A stretch of DNA of 64,000 nt from Octopus sinensis (lineage: Eukaryota): positions 28,396,001 through 28,460,000 of the forward strand of contig NC_043006.1 of NCBI RefSeq assembly GCF_006345805.1. The letters are read 5' to 3'. Made by a program: the position numbers and the translations under genes. Below, one piece after another: positions 12,662 through 26,234 of the stretch (the stretch's first letter is position 1; each line of letters begins with the position of its first letter). Below the pieces are notes generated by a model. The model saw only the letters and a program-made list of their open reading frames with translations, made no database searches and was not told where the DNA came from.

Positions 12662-13898
12662 ATGGCAGACCACGATAATAATCGTTCAGAGAGTGGCAGC
12701 CAACGTTCTACAAGTGGAAACCCAACGGAACCCCGGAGTCCAGATGAAACTCCTTTCCAGCATACTGGTTATGCATCAACCAACGAAACCAGTCAATTTG
12801 AAAGTGATTTAGCGTTGACTGATTTTGACAGTGAAGTAGGCGGTGAAGACGATAAGAATTACGACATCGATGGTGTAGACGTAGACCAGACGACTTACAG
12901 AGAAACTCGTTCTTTTATGGAAGAAATTGAAGAAATTCCCGTCGATGGTAGAATTAGCGGTCAATATTCCAACCAAGCTCGCATGGAGTCTCCAGAAGAG
13001 ATAACTTTCCATGGTAGTGAATGGAGTAAAGCAACGTCTAAAATAATGTCGGAAAAATCTCCGTCCCCCACTTCTGGAGATACTTCGGATACAACATTTT
13101 TAGGAAGTAATGAAAAGAGAGGTTATCAAATGTCTGGTTTAAGTGAAGGGTCAAGCTACAGTGAAATTGTTAGTGGTTCGGGTGGGTTTGGAAATGTCGG
13201 TGGATTTGAAAGAAGGGAACTGAAGACTGTCGAAGACAAAGATGAGGTTACTCATGAGAAAAGTGACTTGCTGAGCTCTACTGGAATGTCAGACACTGCC
13301 TCTAGTAACATTGCCGAAGATATTGAAGCAACCGCAGAGACAACAACTGCGGTGAGTGAATCGATGGGAGATGATAGTGTTCTTGAGGATGTGGAAAGTA
13401 ACGAAAAGCTGTCGATTAGTAGTCCCGTTTACATTGTTGATGTGGAACATATAAATGTGGAGAGAGAAGAGGAGGATGAAGAAGAGGATGAAGAGGATGA
13501 AGATGAAGAGGATGGAGATGCGGAAGAAGAGGAAGAAGAAGAGGAAGAAGAGGAAATCGAGGAAAGGGATGAAAGAAGAGTTAGCGAAGAAAAAGAAGTC
13601 AGAGGCTTTGCCACCTACACTCAAGTTACTGTGGAAACCAGTTATGACACAAAAGGGCCACATAAGACGGAAACTCTGTTAGATAGCACAGTTTGTGAAA
13701 CAGAGATAGTCAGTGAACCAAACAAGTTTTATGAATCCCTTTCAAGTGGTATCACTGAATACACGGTGAGAATACTGCCCGGAGGTATCGTTGAAAAGTC
13801 TGTGGAAAGCAGAGATCAAATCGTTGAAGAGAGAATGGAAGATATCCCCGAGGAGCAATATGAAAAATTGAGTCCCGAGAGAAAGAGGCAGAAACAAA
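12662..13898 (+). CDS. Large acidic, probably disordered coding exon (412 codons + 1 nt); candidate alternative N-terminal exon of AGL
   Basis: Stop-free non-repeat 420-aa ORF in good start context (cagcATGG), E/D/S/T-rich with a poly-E/D tract. Strong donor CAAA|GTAAGT at 13898/13899, phase 1. An acceptor-like tctttcAG ends at 12660. Coding status is well supported; the link to AGL is inference from phase. Confidence 0.8.
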
Positions 13899-15622
13899 GT
13901 AAGTGCTCTTATTATCGCCCTTGATATAAATGTTTAACATACCGCTTTTTTTTTTCTGCTTCATGTGCCACCGTAGAACAACCTTTTTACTTTAGCTCTA
14001 ACCATAACGGTAAACTTTAAAGTCACAGTTGTCACACATTAATATTAGAACGGGGTTTATGTTAAGATAGCAGGAGGGAGAGGGATGAAAAATAGACTTT
14101 TAACTCTTATTTTTCCAGTTCATACGAGTTCGATATAAATACCGGTACTAATAGTTAAAGGACAAGTATCGGCCTGGAGTAAAAAAAGGGGGGGGGGAGG
14201 AACTGGTGGTACTCAGGTTTTCTTTATTTTCTCGTGGAATTCAATCTGTTCAATAACCGAAGAATTGATCACTTGATTTCATTTTTAAAGTCCATTTTCC
14301 AACAAGGTGTTCCATAGACATATTCTGTTAACTTCCATAAAGCATTTTCTAATGATACTTTTGAACTATAATCTGTTTTATATAGAAATACTACTTTGAG
14401 AACATAGCTTTCTTGTCAGCATTAAACTTTTTCTCAGTCTTGCACACAGCCTGTTTATTGACAAATATATCAACTTAAGCCAGAGCCATACCCTGTCGAC
14501 AACAGTGTTCTGGTTGAAATGTCAGTCTCAAAGGAAGAATAATACCATTTTTATTTTCTATATTTGTTCTTTCATGACCTTTATATTATTGCAGCTAGTT
14601 TTTCATAACGAATTTTATCGTTATAACTTAAAACGATCTATTCCAAACTATTGCTCGTCTTTGCATTAGCTTTACAAAATACCAACGAACTAGATTAAAT
14701 ACCAGTGTATTTTGATTTATTCGAACACTAGTGGATGTTTGAGTGTGCGTGTGTGTGTGCATATGCATGTATGCATGCATGCGTGTGTGCACGCGCGCGC
14801 GTACATATTGCTGGCAGGTAGGTTTAATCGCAATAATAATGATGATGTTTCTAACAGGCAAGGGGCCTGGAATTTGGGGGAAGAGGAATAATATAGTCCA
14901 CAGTGTTTCACTGGCACTTTATTTTATTGATCCCAAAAGAGTAAAATGTTCTTAGCGAGATTTGAATTCAGAATGTAAAGACTTGGAAGAAATGTTCTTT
15001 CCTTGCTAAGTCCTAATCTATTCACAGACATGACCAGGTGGCCAGCTATGCTGGCACTTCCACGTGAAAACAGAGAAGTTTTAGTATAAACATATAATAA
15101 ACATAATATGTGACAATGATGACCTGGATGCATAATCTAGGACATTCCTGTTCACGAATGAAAAGATCAAAACAAACTGACCAGATAGAATTTTCAATAG
15201 AATGAAAATGTATTTTGATAGATGCCTCATATCTCTGGCCAAAACATTGTTTAAAAAAAAAGGGGGGAGAAATTGTCTAAGTACAGGAAATATATTCTGT
15301 TCAATTTAAAATAAATACAATAGAAGTATTAAGTCAAATTAAATATATCTTTATAAAATATAATTTTTTATTGTCTATTTCGAATGCTTCAACGGATCTT
15401 TGATCCGTTTTCGATCCAATCGAACGGTGACAGTGATTCACTGTGATATTTACTTTTTGACAACATCTGTAAATCTATTCACTTCCGCTATATTATAATA
15501 AGCTACATACATAAATATTCATGCTAATTATTCAATTATTTTTCTGTAGTACTTGTTGATTTTGGCAGGATTTTGGAATAAGCACACCTACATGTAACAT
15601 TTTTTCGAAAGACTTTTCAGAA

Positions 15623-15688
15623 TTCCTATTTTTAACATTCAGGATTCCCAGGTTTTCGCCTGGGAAGCCCGATTGTTAAAAATAGGAA
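15623..15688. other. 66-nt hairpin, 30-bp stem (27/30 paired), 6-nt loop
   Basis: TTCCTATTTTTAACATTCAGGATTCCCAGG-ttttcg-CCTGGGAAGCCCGATTGTTAAAAATAGGAA. Confidence 0.85.
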
Positions 15689-15845
15689 CAATGTCTGGGA
15701 ATTCCATGTGAAAAATAGCAATTGTTGTTCGTGTTATTTATTTTATGCTATCATTGTTATAGCCGTTCTTGCTTAATAGTGTGATCGTATTAGAGCGTTT
15801 TAATATTTGTTTTCCATGCTGATATAGGCTCGATGGTTTGACCAA

Positions 15846-16076
15846 GGCGGCGAGCTGGCAGAAACATTAGCATGCCGGGCGAAATGCATAGCCGTATTTC
15901 GTCTGCCGTTACGTTCTGAGTTCAAATTCCGCCGAGGTCGACTTTACCTTTCATCCTTTCGGGGTCGATTAAATAAGTACCAGTTACGCACTGGAGTCGA
16001 TGTAATCGACTTAATACCTATGTCTGTCCTTGTTTGTCCCCTCTATGTTTAGCCCCTTGTGGGTAATAAAGAAATA
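15846..16076 (+). mobile_element. tRNA-derived SINE family B, full length, CpGs intact
   Basis: GGCGGCGAGCTGGCAGAA head, box B GAGTTCAAATTCC, core cggggtcgat...aagtaccagt, tail gggtaataaagaaata. Confidence 0.9.
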
Positions 16077-16321
16077 CGTATTAGAGCGTTTAGTTGTTGC
16101 TGTTGTTTGAAATAGAAGAGAGCATCTGCACCGATTTCTAGCATATCAAACGACTGAGTTATAAAGTGATGAAGACATTCACTGCTGCTGTTCAAAGGAA
16201 ATCGATCGTTTCCTCTATCATTTGATCAAACATGTCATTCTGTTTAATTACAGTTTTTGTTCAAAGCAAATCCTCATGAGCGTAACAAATTCATATTTCT
16301 ATTGAAATATCTTTTCTTAAT

Positions 16322-17050
16322 ATAGGCGTAAAACCTGAAATTTTGGGCAATGGGTAGTCGATTACATTGACCCTAGTACTTGACTGGTACTTATTCTGTT
16401 GACCTCGGTGGGATTTGAACTCAGAACGCAAAGAGCCAGAAACATTTTATCCGTCTCGGTAGCTCACCGATCTTGGCAGCATTTGAACTTAGAATGTAAA
16501 GACGGACGAGAGCATTTTGTCCGACGCGGTAACAATTCTGTCAGCTCGCCGCCTATCTAGTGGATAATATTGGTTTCATATTTTGGCGGAAGGCCAACAA
16601 GTTTGAGGGAAAGGGGTAAGTCGATTCATCGACCTTAATGCTCAACTGGTACTTATTTATAAATCCCAAAAGGATGAAATGGAAAGTTGATCTCCGAGGA
16701 ATATGAACTCAGAGCGTAAAAACAGACTAAATGCCGCTAGACATTTCGCCCGGCGTGCTAACGATTCTGCCAGCTCGCCGCTTTATTTCTAGTGGATAAT
16801 ATTAGAAAAACAAAAATGGTGGTTACTCTAAGCAGATCCTGATTTCAAGGTTTGTCACCAGGCCAGCAATTTCGTGGGGAGGGAGTAAGTCGATTACATC
16901 GACCTCAGTACTCAACTGGTCATTATTTTATCGACGACGAAAGAATGAAAGGGTAAGTCGACCTCGGTGGAATTTGAACTCAGAGTGTAAAGATGGACGA
17001 AATACCGGTAAGCATTTTGCCCAGTGTGCTATTGATTCTGCCAGCTCACC
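16322..17050 (-). mobile_element. Cluster of 3-4 SINE family B copies; one (16572-16787) has a 16-bp TSD
   Basis: Repeated gaatttgaactcagaa...ctgccagctcgccgcc. TCTAGTGGATAATATT at 16556-16571 and 16788-16803. Confidence 0.85.
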
Positions 17051-17360
17051 GAATATATTGATGTATTAGTCGTTACTTTACCGTAGCTTACAAAAGTAGT
17101 TGCATTTAGAAAGGAATATCTCACAGATAAATCAATTTAAATTTCCGTCAATTTCTTCTTGGTCTTTATGCTCTGATTTCGAGGTCCGCCAAGGTCGACT
17201 GTGGTTTTTATCCTTTCTCAGTTGATGAAGTACGTACGTGTCAAGTACTGGGGTAGTTGGTTATCCCCTTCCTCCATATTGCTGGCCTTGTACCAAAATT
17301 TCCACTCCTTTACTTATTTATGTTTCTAAAATTTTCGTTGCGTTTTGCAACCTTTTCAAT

Positions 17361-17775
17361 AGGCGCAGGAGTGGCTGTGTGGTAAGTAGCTTGCTTACCA
17401 ACCACATGGTTCCGGGTTCAGTCCCACTGCGTGGCACCTTGGGCAAGTGGCTTCAACTATAGCCTCGGGCCGACCAAAGTCTTGTGAGTGGATTTGGAAG
17501 ACAGAAACTAAAAGAAGCCCGTCGTATATATGTATATATATTTGTGTGTGTTTGTGTGTCTATGTTTGTCCCCACCCCAACATCACTTGACAACCGATGC
17601 TGGTGTGTTTATGTCCCCCATAACTTAGCGGTTCGGCAAAAGAGCCCGATAGAATAAGTACTAGGCTTACAAAGAATAAGTCCTGTAGGTCGATTTCTTC
17701 GACTAAAGGCGGTGCTCCAGCATGGCCGCAGTCAAGTGACTGAAACAAGTAAAAGAGTAAGAAGAGTAAAGAGTA
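17361..17775 (+). mobile_element. SINE family A, full length
   Basis: Same head, body and tail as the copy at 8496. Confidence 0.9.
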
Positions 17776-17809
17776 GTTGACTCTGTCCGTTATCCACGCT
17801 GCGTTCTTG

Positions 17810-17851
17810 TTGTTTGTTTGTGCGCATGTGTGAGGGTCAGTGTGTGCGCGC

Positions 17852-17882
<31 letters not shown>

Positions 17883-18163
17883 TGTATGTATGTATGTATG
17901 TATGTATGCATGTGTGTGTTTATGTATGTATGTATGTATGTATGTATGTATGTATGTATGTATGTTTGTATGTATGTATGCATGTATGTATGCATGTAAG
18001 CGTGTGTATGCATGTATGTATCTGTGTGTGTGTACATATGTAAATATGCATGTGTATGTGTACATTTGTATGTATGTAGTCTGCGTATTCATGTGTTTGT
18101 GTGTTTGTACGTTCGTGTTTGTATGTTTCTATGTGCATGTCTGAGTGTGCGTGTGTGTGTGTG

Positions 18164-18210
<47 letters not shown>

Positions 18211-18400
18211 GGTTTTTGTGACTATGTGCTGTGTCTGTATGTATTGTTGTGTGGATGTGTGTCTCCATATGTGTCCTTGCGTGAAGTGAAATGTGTGTGT
18301 ATATGGTCATGTGTTTCAGTCTTCATTTGCATATGTATGTGCGTATGTGTGCTTGTCTGTTCATATTATCTATGTACCTAGCCGTTTGTATGTCTATTTG
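17810..18400. repeat. Compound (TATG)n/(TG)n microsatellite
   Basis: Visible directly. Confidence 0.95.
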
Positions 18401-18406
18401 TTTATT

Positions 18407-21400
18407 TTCATATCCATTTGCCTACATACATGCGCATATACATATACCTGCACACACAGACACACACACACATACATCTACATAACAGTCCACCAACTAT
18501 TCTACCAGTATATAAATATAAACAGTGGGTAGGGGTATGATTACCTACTACGTATGTTTTCTATTTAGTACTGAGAATGTTTCAATTATGAGGACGTACT
18601 CTTGCATTTGTCTGAGGGTTGGGTCCTTTGGGTGCTTGGATAAAATGCGGATGTCAAGTTGACCCAGGTTGCCTCCATGTTGATCCCTGGCATGCTGGTT
18701 GCGTATGGAGGACTGTTTTTTTGTCGTCATATTGCCTAACAATAGCGATGTTGATGACAACAATAATAGTGGCAATAACAATAACAAAAATGATAACCAC
18801 AACATTCCCACTCATACAACTATGACAACAATAACACAAGCATACGAAACCGAAACAACTATTATAATAACAGTAATAACGGTGATAATAGCAACAGCAA
18901 CAATGACAACAAGATCCCCCACACAGACAACAATACCAACCACATCATCCACGCCACTAATAACAACACCACCCACATCAACACCAACAGCAACACCACC
19001 CACAACAACAACAACAATGGGCACAACACAACCACCACCACCACCAATAGCAACAACAATGCCAGCAACTATAACAACAACAACCACAACGATAATAACA
19101 CTGTACACTCGGTCTTCTATAACCCTAACAACAAATCTTATGACATGACAAGGATCTACCCCCACAGACTTACCCTTCAACAAAAGGGTATGCATCCCAC
19201 CCGAAATTGACAGTGAAACAGAAGCAAAGCTCTCCTTAGCTAGAAATAGGCTCCGACACATCTTAGACCGGTTCAACAAATCCACTAAAAAGCATGAGGA
19301 GGAGGGGACCCACCAACTGTTGTCAAAGGCCTACAAAACTGAATCAGCGAATTAGGAACAGGGAATTAGTGTGCCTTCCTACAGACAAGTCTGGTAGACT
19401 GGCAATAGACATCCCACAGAACTATGTCCAGACCATGCAACAACACATCAGTAGCATGAGAGAAGTTACACCACAAGAATATGAAAGAGTGGAAAAACTC
19501 CTCAATGCACACATGGGAATGTGATGCAACCTACTCCAACCTAAGAAACGGACTGCACACAATTTCCAAGCATCCAACAATGATGTTCCTACATTATACG
19601 GGTTACGCATACACCCTAATAAACCTTGCAATGGGGCCCCCAACCCGACCAGTTCGCGGAGCGAATATCTCCAGCAATTATAGAATGTCCTACTTCATCT
19701 CACAGGTATTACGATCCCCAGATGTTTGTGTGAGCACGGAAGATCTCAGTAAAATCAGTACTTGCAACCACTCCAACGACCTCACAGGTTGTGTAGTGGG
19801 TAGTATGGATGTGATTTCACTCTACCCATCTATAGACATAGATTTTGCTGTGGAAAAATGCATTGAGATAATCTGTGAGAGTGAAAGAGAGTTCCGTGGA
19901 GTCAACACGGGGGAACTGGGCCTCCTCTTTAGACTAAGGTGTGACAGTGACTATTTAGACGACCGTGACCTCAATAGATTCTACCCCACCAGGTCACAGA
20001 GGGGAAAATCACCCACCATCACCTCAGCAGTGAAGAAAAGCACCGCAGAGCTGGAGTGGCTGGACCGTACCCACCCAAGACCCTGAGAACAACAATCAGG
20101 TGAAAGGAATGATTGCACATGCAATAGGAGCTAGTGTAAGAACCACCTTGAAGAACCACATGGTAAAGTTTAACAAGAAACTATACATGCAGGTTCAAGT
20201 TGCAGCCATTGGTGTCTGTGTAGCTGCAGATGTGGCCGGCCTCTTCATGACCCGGTGGGGCAGAAAACTTAAGCAATCTTTAGCAGAACAGTCCACAACT
20301 CTTCTACTTTACAGTAGGTATGTAGACGACATTAATATCCTTGTTAAGACCAACTCTAGCAACGGTAGTGTAGAAACTGAGAGGAACATAATGGAGAGCA
20401 TCCAGCAAGTAGCTAACTCCATCCACCAAAGTATCAAGGTAACTATAGATTACCCAACTAAGTACCACAAAATAGACTCCCCGTCCTTGATACTGAACTT
20501 TGGTTAGATACTGTGAGTGCAGCTCCTCCACTCCTATTACATGAAACCCATAGCTTCGCAATATGTTGTTCACAAGAACTCAGCTTTGTCACATAACATG
20601 AAAATTAACATACTGATAGCAGACTTAGTTAGGATAATGAACAACGTGTCCCCTCTATGCAAACTCTATGTAACGAAGAAACATGTACAGAACTTCATGC
20701 ACCTCATGCAATTCTCTGAATATGATCAGAAAGATAGGGTTCGAGTATACAAGGGTGCTAGAAAGAAGTTAGATAACATTATATGTAATGAAACCAGTGG
20801 TACCTGCCCTAGATATAGAAGTAAGGACTGGAATAGGATACAAAGAGCTTAGGACAAAGCAAACAGGGTGAACACGTGGTATAAAACCGACAAATATCAA
20901 GGTGTGATGTTTGTAGAGGCCGCAGCCCATGGAGAACTAGCCCGTAGATTTAGGAAAGCTCTGAAGGAGACCGAGCTCAACATTAAGCTTGTTGAAAAGC
21001 CAGAGAACTCCATCAGATCACAACTATATAGGACGTACCCCTTTGAGAATACCATATGCACCAATGATAATTGCATGGTATGTAGGATTAGCCCTGGCAT
21101 TAACTGTAGAACTAGAAATGCAGTCCACAGCATAAGATGTATAGAAGGTGCAAGTAAAGACATGAACATGACATACATAAGGGAGACATCTACGAGCATT
21201 GCGGAAAGACTAAATGAACATTTGAAACATGACGACACAAAACAGTCCTCCATACCTAACCAACATGCCAAGGACCAACATGGAAGCTATCTGGGGTAAC
21301 TTGACATCCGCATTTTATCCAAGCACCCAAAGGACCCAACCCTCAGACAAATATAGGAGTACATCCTCATCAATGAAACATCCTCAGTACTAAATAGGAA

Positions 21401-21494
21401 ATATACTTAGCAGGTAATCATATCCCCAAATCAACAGTTTATATTTATATACAGGTAGAATAGTTAGTGGGGTGTTATGTAGATGTATGTATGC

Positions 21495-21553
<59 letters not shown>

Positions 21554-21578
21554 TGTATGTAGGCAAATAGATATGAAA
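18407..21578 (+). mobile_element. Penelope-like retroelement (RT + GIY-YIG) with an inverted copy of its 3' end at the 5' side
   Basis: RT motifs VGSMDVISLYPSID and LYSRYVDDI. GIY-YIG-like CRTRNAVHSIRC...YIRETSTSIAERLNEH. 18407-18731 is the reverse complement of 21229-21578. Frameshifted. Confidence 0.85.
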
Positions 21579-21975
21579 GTCCTCGTCTTCTAATAGTAAT
21601 TACCCAACTTTCTGGGCTCTTCTCACAGCTATCCCACGTTCAAAAATTATACGGGTATTTTTTAAAATTTTCATCCAATAAATAATATTTTTACATTACG
21701 TACACATTAATAGCGAATTAAAACTTAAAAGAGAAAGTGAGAGACTTTGCAAATGAAAATGGAATACTCCGCAGTGAATGCAGTGAATATTTAAATTTAC
21801 GAAAAATTGGAGTTAAAAAAATTCAATAAACTTGAGAAATCGAAATTATAGGACATTTCTTAGGACATGAATTTATAAAAATATTTCCAGACGGTCAACC
21901 CTTTAATAATTGCTTTCTTTTAGTACTTTTGGTAATTGTTACATCCCTAATTAATAAGCAGCTTTTTCCATTACA

Positions 21976-22030
<55 letters not shown>

Positions 22031-22033
<3 letters not shown>

Positions 22034-22410
22034 TAGCAGTATCGCCCGGCGTTGCTCGGGTTTGTAAGGGAAATAACTATATAAGCAATTTTAGAGATGT
22101 AAAGTATAATAGCCATCTCAATATGGCTAACCACAAAGGGGGGTGTTACTGTAGCTTTTTACGTTCTGAGATTTAATGATACATTTTTAGAGAGTTACTT
22201 CCCTTATATATGCCAAAAATGCATTAAAAATGGGAAAAAATGATGGTAATTTTTTTTTTAATCGTAGACTCATCGTAGACGCGCGCTAATACCCAGAAGG
22301 GCTCGATATGAATCACGACTATAAGATACCCGCTTTTGGTTAAACTGCACTACAAAATGTGGGAGTAGTTAGGAATCTAAATCGTAGGAGACAGGCACCA
22401 CACAACCTCA

Positions 22411-22415
<5 letters not shown>
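22031..22415 (+). mobile_element. Helentron-associated non-autonomous element
   Basis: TACTAGCAGTATCGCCCGGCGTTGCTCGGG start; ends cacaacctcacttttatatata; embedded in (TA)n. Confidence 0.7.
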
Positions 22416-22486
<71 letters not shown>

Positions 22487-22520
22487 TGTATGTATGTATA
22501 TATATATATATATATCCCAC

Positions 22521-22589
<69 letters not shown>

Positions 22590-23424
22590 TTAAGCTGTCT
22601 TGTAGGGATATACTTATCTAAGTATACAGAATACACTTATACCATAATATAAAAGGGCTAGTTGATTGTTGGCTCTATCATACTCCACGCCACCCACCGT
22701 CATCTCATACCGACATCTGGTCAAGTCCGTTTTTCCAGACACCGTTTGCTGCGGTCACCAATAAGTGAAAATACCCAGTCATATTAGAATTACTCATTTA
22801 TCTTGTTAGTACATTGCAATTTTCCAGTCGATGCGATACAGATGTAATTGTAATTGATTAATTATTAGTACAACTGCTGACTGAAACAGCACCTAGGTTA
22901 CCTGGAAAAGGAATGAACATGTGATGTTGATGGTGGTAGTGGTGATAGAGGTGGTGGTCGTGGTAGGACTTGGAGGGACGTATGAAACTAGTAATTGAAA
23001 AAGAAACGACGTTGTGCATTTAATGTCACCAGTAAAGGAGTTCCTATGTGAGTTAATGAGGGAGGCACTGGCGTAATCACTCGACCTGTGAGAATCAGTA
23101 ACCAAATTCCACTAACATCACACCCTACCATCTGTAACAAAAAAAGAAAAAGCAAGAAAGAAATGATAAAAAGGAAAACACATTGGGTGATATAAGTTTA
23201 GCTACAACAAACTAGAAAAAAATGATGTAACAGGTGGTGTTGATTGGACAGAGATGTCTGGATTGGTATAAAATTGTAGAGTGAAGTTTGTGAAGATTGT
23301 GTAAATTCATATGGCTTGGTGATAAAGGCCTTCTCTTTATCTAAGAGAGAGAATGAATTGTAAAGAATATTATCTCTCTCTCTCTCTCTCTCTCTATCTG
23401 TCTGTCTGTCTCTCTCTCTCTGTA

Positions 23425-23488
<64 letters not shown>

Positions 23489-23490
23489 GT

Positions 23491-24000
23491 GTTAGGATTA
23501 GGGTTAGCGTTTCGGGTTATGGCGAGGGTTTACAGTTAGGGTTTAAAGTTTAGGATTAGAGTTTAGGATTAGGGTTTACGGTTAGGTTTAAAGTTAGAGC
23601 ATAAGAGTCAAGGTTAGACTGCACGCTAAAGTGCAAACAGTCAGGTAGACTGCACGATTAAGTGGAACCGGATAAATTTCAGTAAAGATCTGAGTTGAAT
23701 TGCATTTCTTAATACACGGAATATTTGCATTCTTTTCGAAAATTTTTTTTTGCAAACCTGAAAGAACGGAAAGACTTCCGTTCATCCCCCGCCACCATTT
23801 TCTCCCAAATTTGCTTATTTTTCCAATATTTTTTTGCCAAAACCCCCGTTCCGGAAAATTGCCAAAGATCGACATTGTTAAATTTTCCCCACTTCCCCCC
23901 AAATTCTTCAATTTTGACTTTTTCCCCCAACACTAACCCTAACCCTAACCCTAAAACTCTAACCCTAACCATAAAACTCTAACCCTAACCCTAACCGTAA
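23491..24000. repeat. Degenerate telomere-like tracts: G-rich 23491-23610, C-rich 23933-24000
   Basis: TTAGGG/TTAGGA variants on the left, CCCTAA repeats on the right, about 320 bp apart. Confidence 0.8.
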
Positions 24001-25164
24001 CTACAGAAATGTTTTGAAATTTTTGTCCGAATCATAATGTCCGTATTTTTCCGCATATTTAGAAAAAAAAATTCTTAAAAAAAAGTTTACAAAAATGTTT
24101 ATAAATTTTTCTCAGAATCATAATCTCCGTATTTTTCTGCGTGTTTTGAAAATGAAATTCTGAAAAAAGTAAGAAATGAAGGAAATAGGGGTGGGGGTAA
24201 TTTAAAAATGCCGATTTTTGCCAATTTTTTTGGCAGATTCGTATTCCCCGTAGCCGAAAAGGGTGGGGGGTTGTGTCGAAAAAAAATTTTTTTTTTAAGG
24301 GTAGTTTTTGGGTGGAGATGGGCGGAAGTCTTGCCGAAAGGACTGCTTGAATTGATTACCGCACTGGTCGTCACTTAAACACATTCTTTGTGTTGTAGAA
24401 ACAGCGATGATCTTCGTATTTATTTCACACAAGTTTATAATCAAATCTGTTACACATTACGTTGCAAAGTTTAAATTCTTTTGGGCTTCCTCTATATACA
24501 AGCGTCATGTTGCAGTGGGGAACAAAGAATTCGGCGCTTAAGATATTAGACCTCTCCTTAGATAAATTCTGGTCACTGAATCTAAATATGTCTTCAGTTT
24601 TTCTCTGTCAGCTCTGATTATCGAGATACGCTATACATGCAACTAATCAGGCACAAAGACTGATGATGACAAATCATTATTGTTGCCCCTTGGATAAAAA
24701 AAAAATGGCTTTATACAATATGTTTAAATGACAACCATAGAATCAGATAACAGTAAAACAAGTCAAGAAAGTTATCATTGATGCAATATTCATTTTGTCA
24801 GACGCCTCACGAAAGCAGCATTTCAGAGACTTCCTGTGATGAACTGCTCAAGGCAATCACGTTGCATTATCTCAAAAACTAGAGCTGTTAGACACAAATG
24901 AAGGTCATATTCTTATTCAGTGGCGTAAATGTACCTGGAATCGGGTCTAAAATCTGTGGCATCAAAAAAGCTTTTTAAAATTTGTTCCCCAGTGTTATCA
25001 TTTGATGGCTGTTCCTGTATTTTTTTCAGTGTAATCTTTGTTTCAATGTTCAAATATCATGGATAAGGGACAAAATCATGCTAAGATCTCATGAACTTTC
25101 TAGGTCTGGCCTTTGTCAACTTAAGAGTATTTTAGCTTTGATAATCATAATTTCAAATGTTAGC

Positions 25165-25490
25165 ACAAGGATAATTATTCTAAAAGGAGGGGCAGTCGAG
25201 TACATGGACCTCCGTGCCCAACTGGTACTATTATTTATAGATCCCGAAAGGATGAAATTGAAAGTCGATCTCGGTGGAATTTGAACTCAAAACGTACAGA
25301 GTGGGAAGAAATGTGGCTACGTTCGGCACAAGGCTTGCAGTTTTGGAGAAGGGTATAGTCTATAACGTCAACTCCCCACACCCCGTAATCAACTGATACT
25401 TGTTTCATCGATCCTGAAAGAATTGAAAGGCAAAGTCGACTTTGGCGGCATTTGAACTCAGAAGAATGTAAAGAACGAAATACCGCTAAG
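25165..25490 (-). mobile_element. Two SINE family B copies
   Basis: gatcccgaaaggatgaaa...gtcgatctcggtggaatttgaactc pattern occurs twice. Confidence 0.75.
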
Positions 25491-25658
25491 CTTCGACAGC
25501 AAATATAGGTGGTCCCACCTATATTAGTGGGAGGCTCGGGGTTCAGGTATTCACCGCGAGCTTTTCATCCATATTTACTATTATTCGATCGAAGATTATT
25601 GTACATGTTACGTGTACGGGTGGCATGATTATCTTTAGAATTGTGAGATATATATATA

Positions 25659-25900
25659 CTAGCAGAGATACCCGGCCTTGCTCGAGATTAAAATGGCATA
25701 GTTTTTTTTTTTTGTTTTACTTGTTTCAGTCATGTGTCTGCAGCCATGCTGCAGTACCTCAATTGGTCGAAAAAATCGACTACACGATTTATTCTTTGTA
25801 AGTCTAGTACTCATTCTATCAGTGTTCTTTGCCGAATCACTAAGTTATGGGGACGTAAACACAGCAACATCGGTTGTCAAGCAATGTGGGAGGGTACAAA
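25659..25900. mobile_element. Helentron-type 5' end followed by an inverted SINE A 3' fragment
   Basis: tactagcagagatacccggccttgctcgag, then the reverse complement of the SINE A tail (gccatgctgcagtacc...gtaagtctagtactc). Confidence 0.6.
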
Positions 25901-26026
25901 CACAGAACCAGACACAGACACACACACACACAAATATACACATATATACAACAGTCTTCTTTCTTCACACACATATATACATATATATATATATATACAT
26001 GCATACATGTATACATATATATATGT

Positions 26027-26084
<58 letters not shown>

Positions 26085-26234
26085 TATATATATATAATAT
26101 ATATATATATACATATATATACATATATATACACACACACATATATACACACACACATATATACACACATATACACACAAATATATATATACACATGCAC
26201 ACACACATATATATATATACATATATACATATAT

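Noticed and set aside
13899-13924. ORF 12662-13924 as a complete single-exon 420-aa gene
   Set aside because: The last residues (SKCSYYRP) read through a consensus GTAAGT donor into T-rich intron-like sequence; a spliced exon is more likely.
17790-18532. Many overlapping YVCM/HTYI ORFs (also near 22340, 25732, 35624, 40656, 63363)
   Set aside because: Stop-free readings of TA/TG/TATG microsatellites.
18699-19285. Thr-rich mucin-like and Val-rich ORFs
   Set aside because: Degenerate (ACA)n tract within the Penelope element.
23491-24000. Ancient telomere-telomere chromosome fusion site
   Set aside because: Tracts are short, degenerate, about 320 bp apart and inside a fold-back element; TTAGGG also occurs within a MITE in this window.
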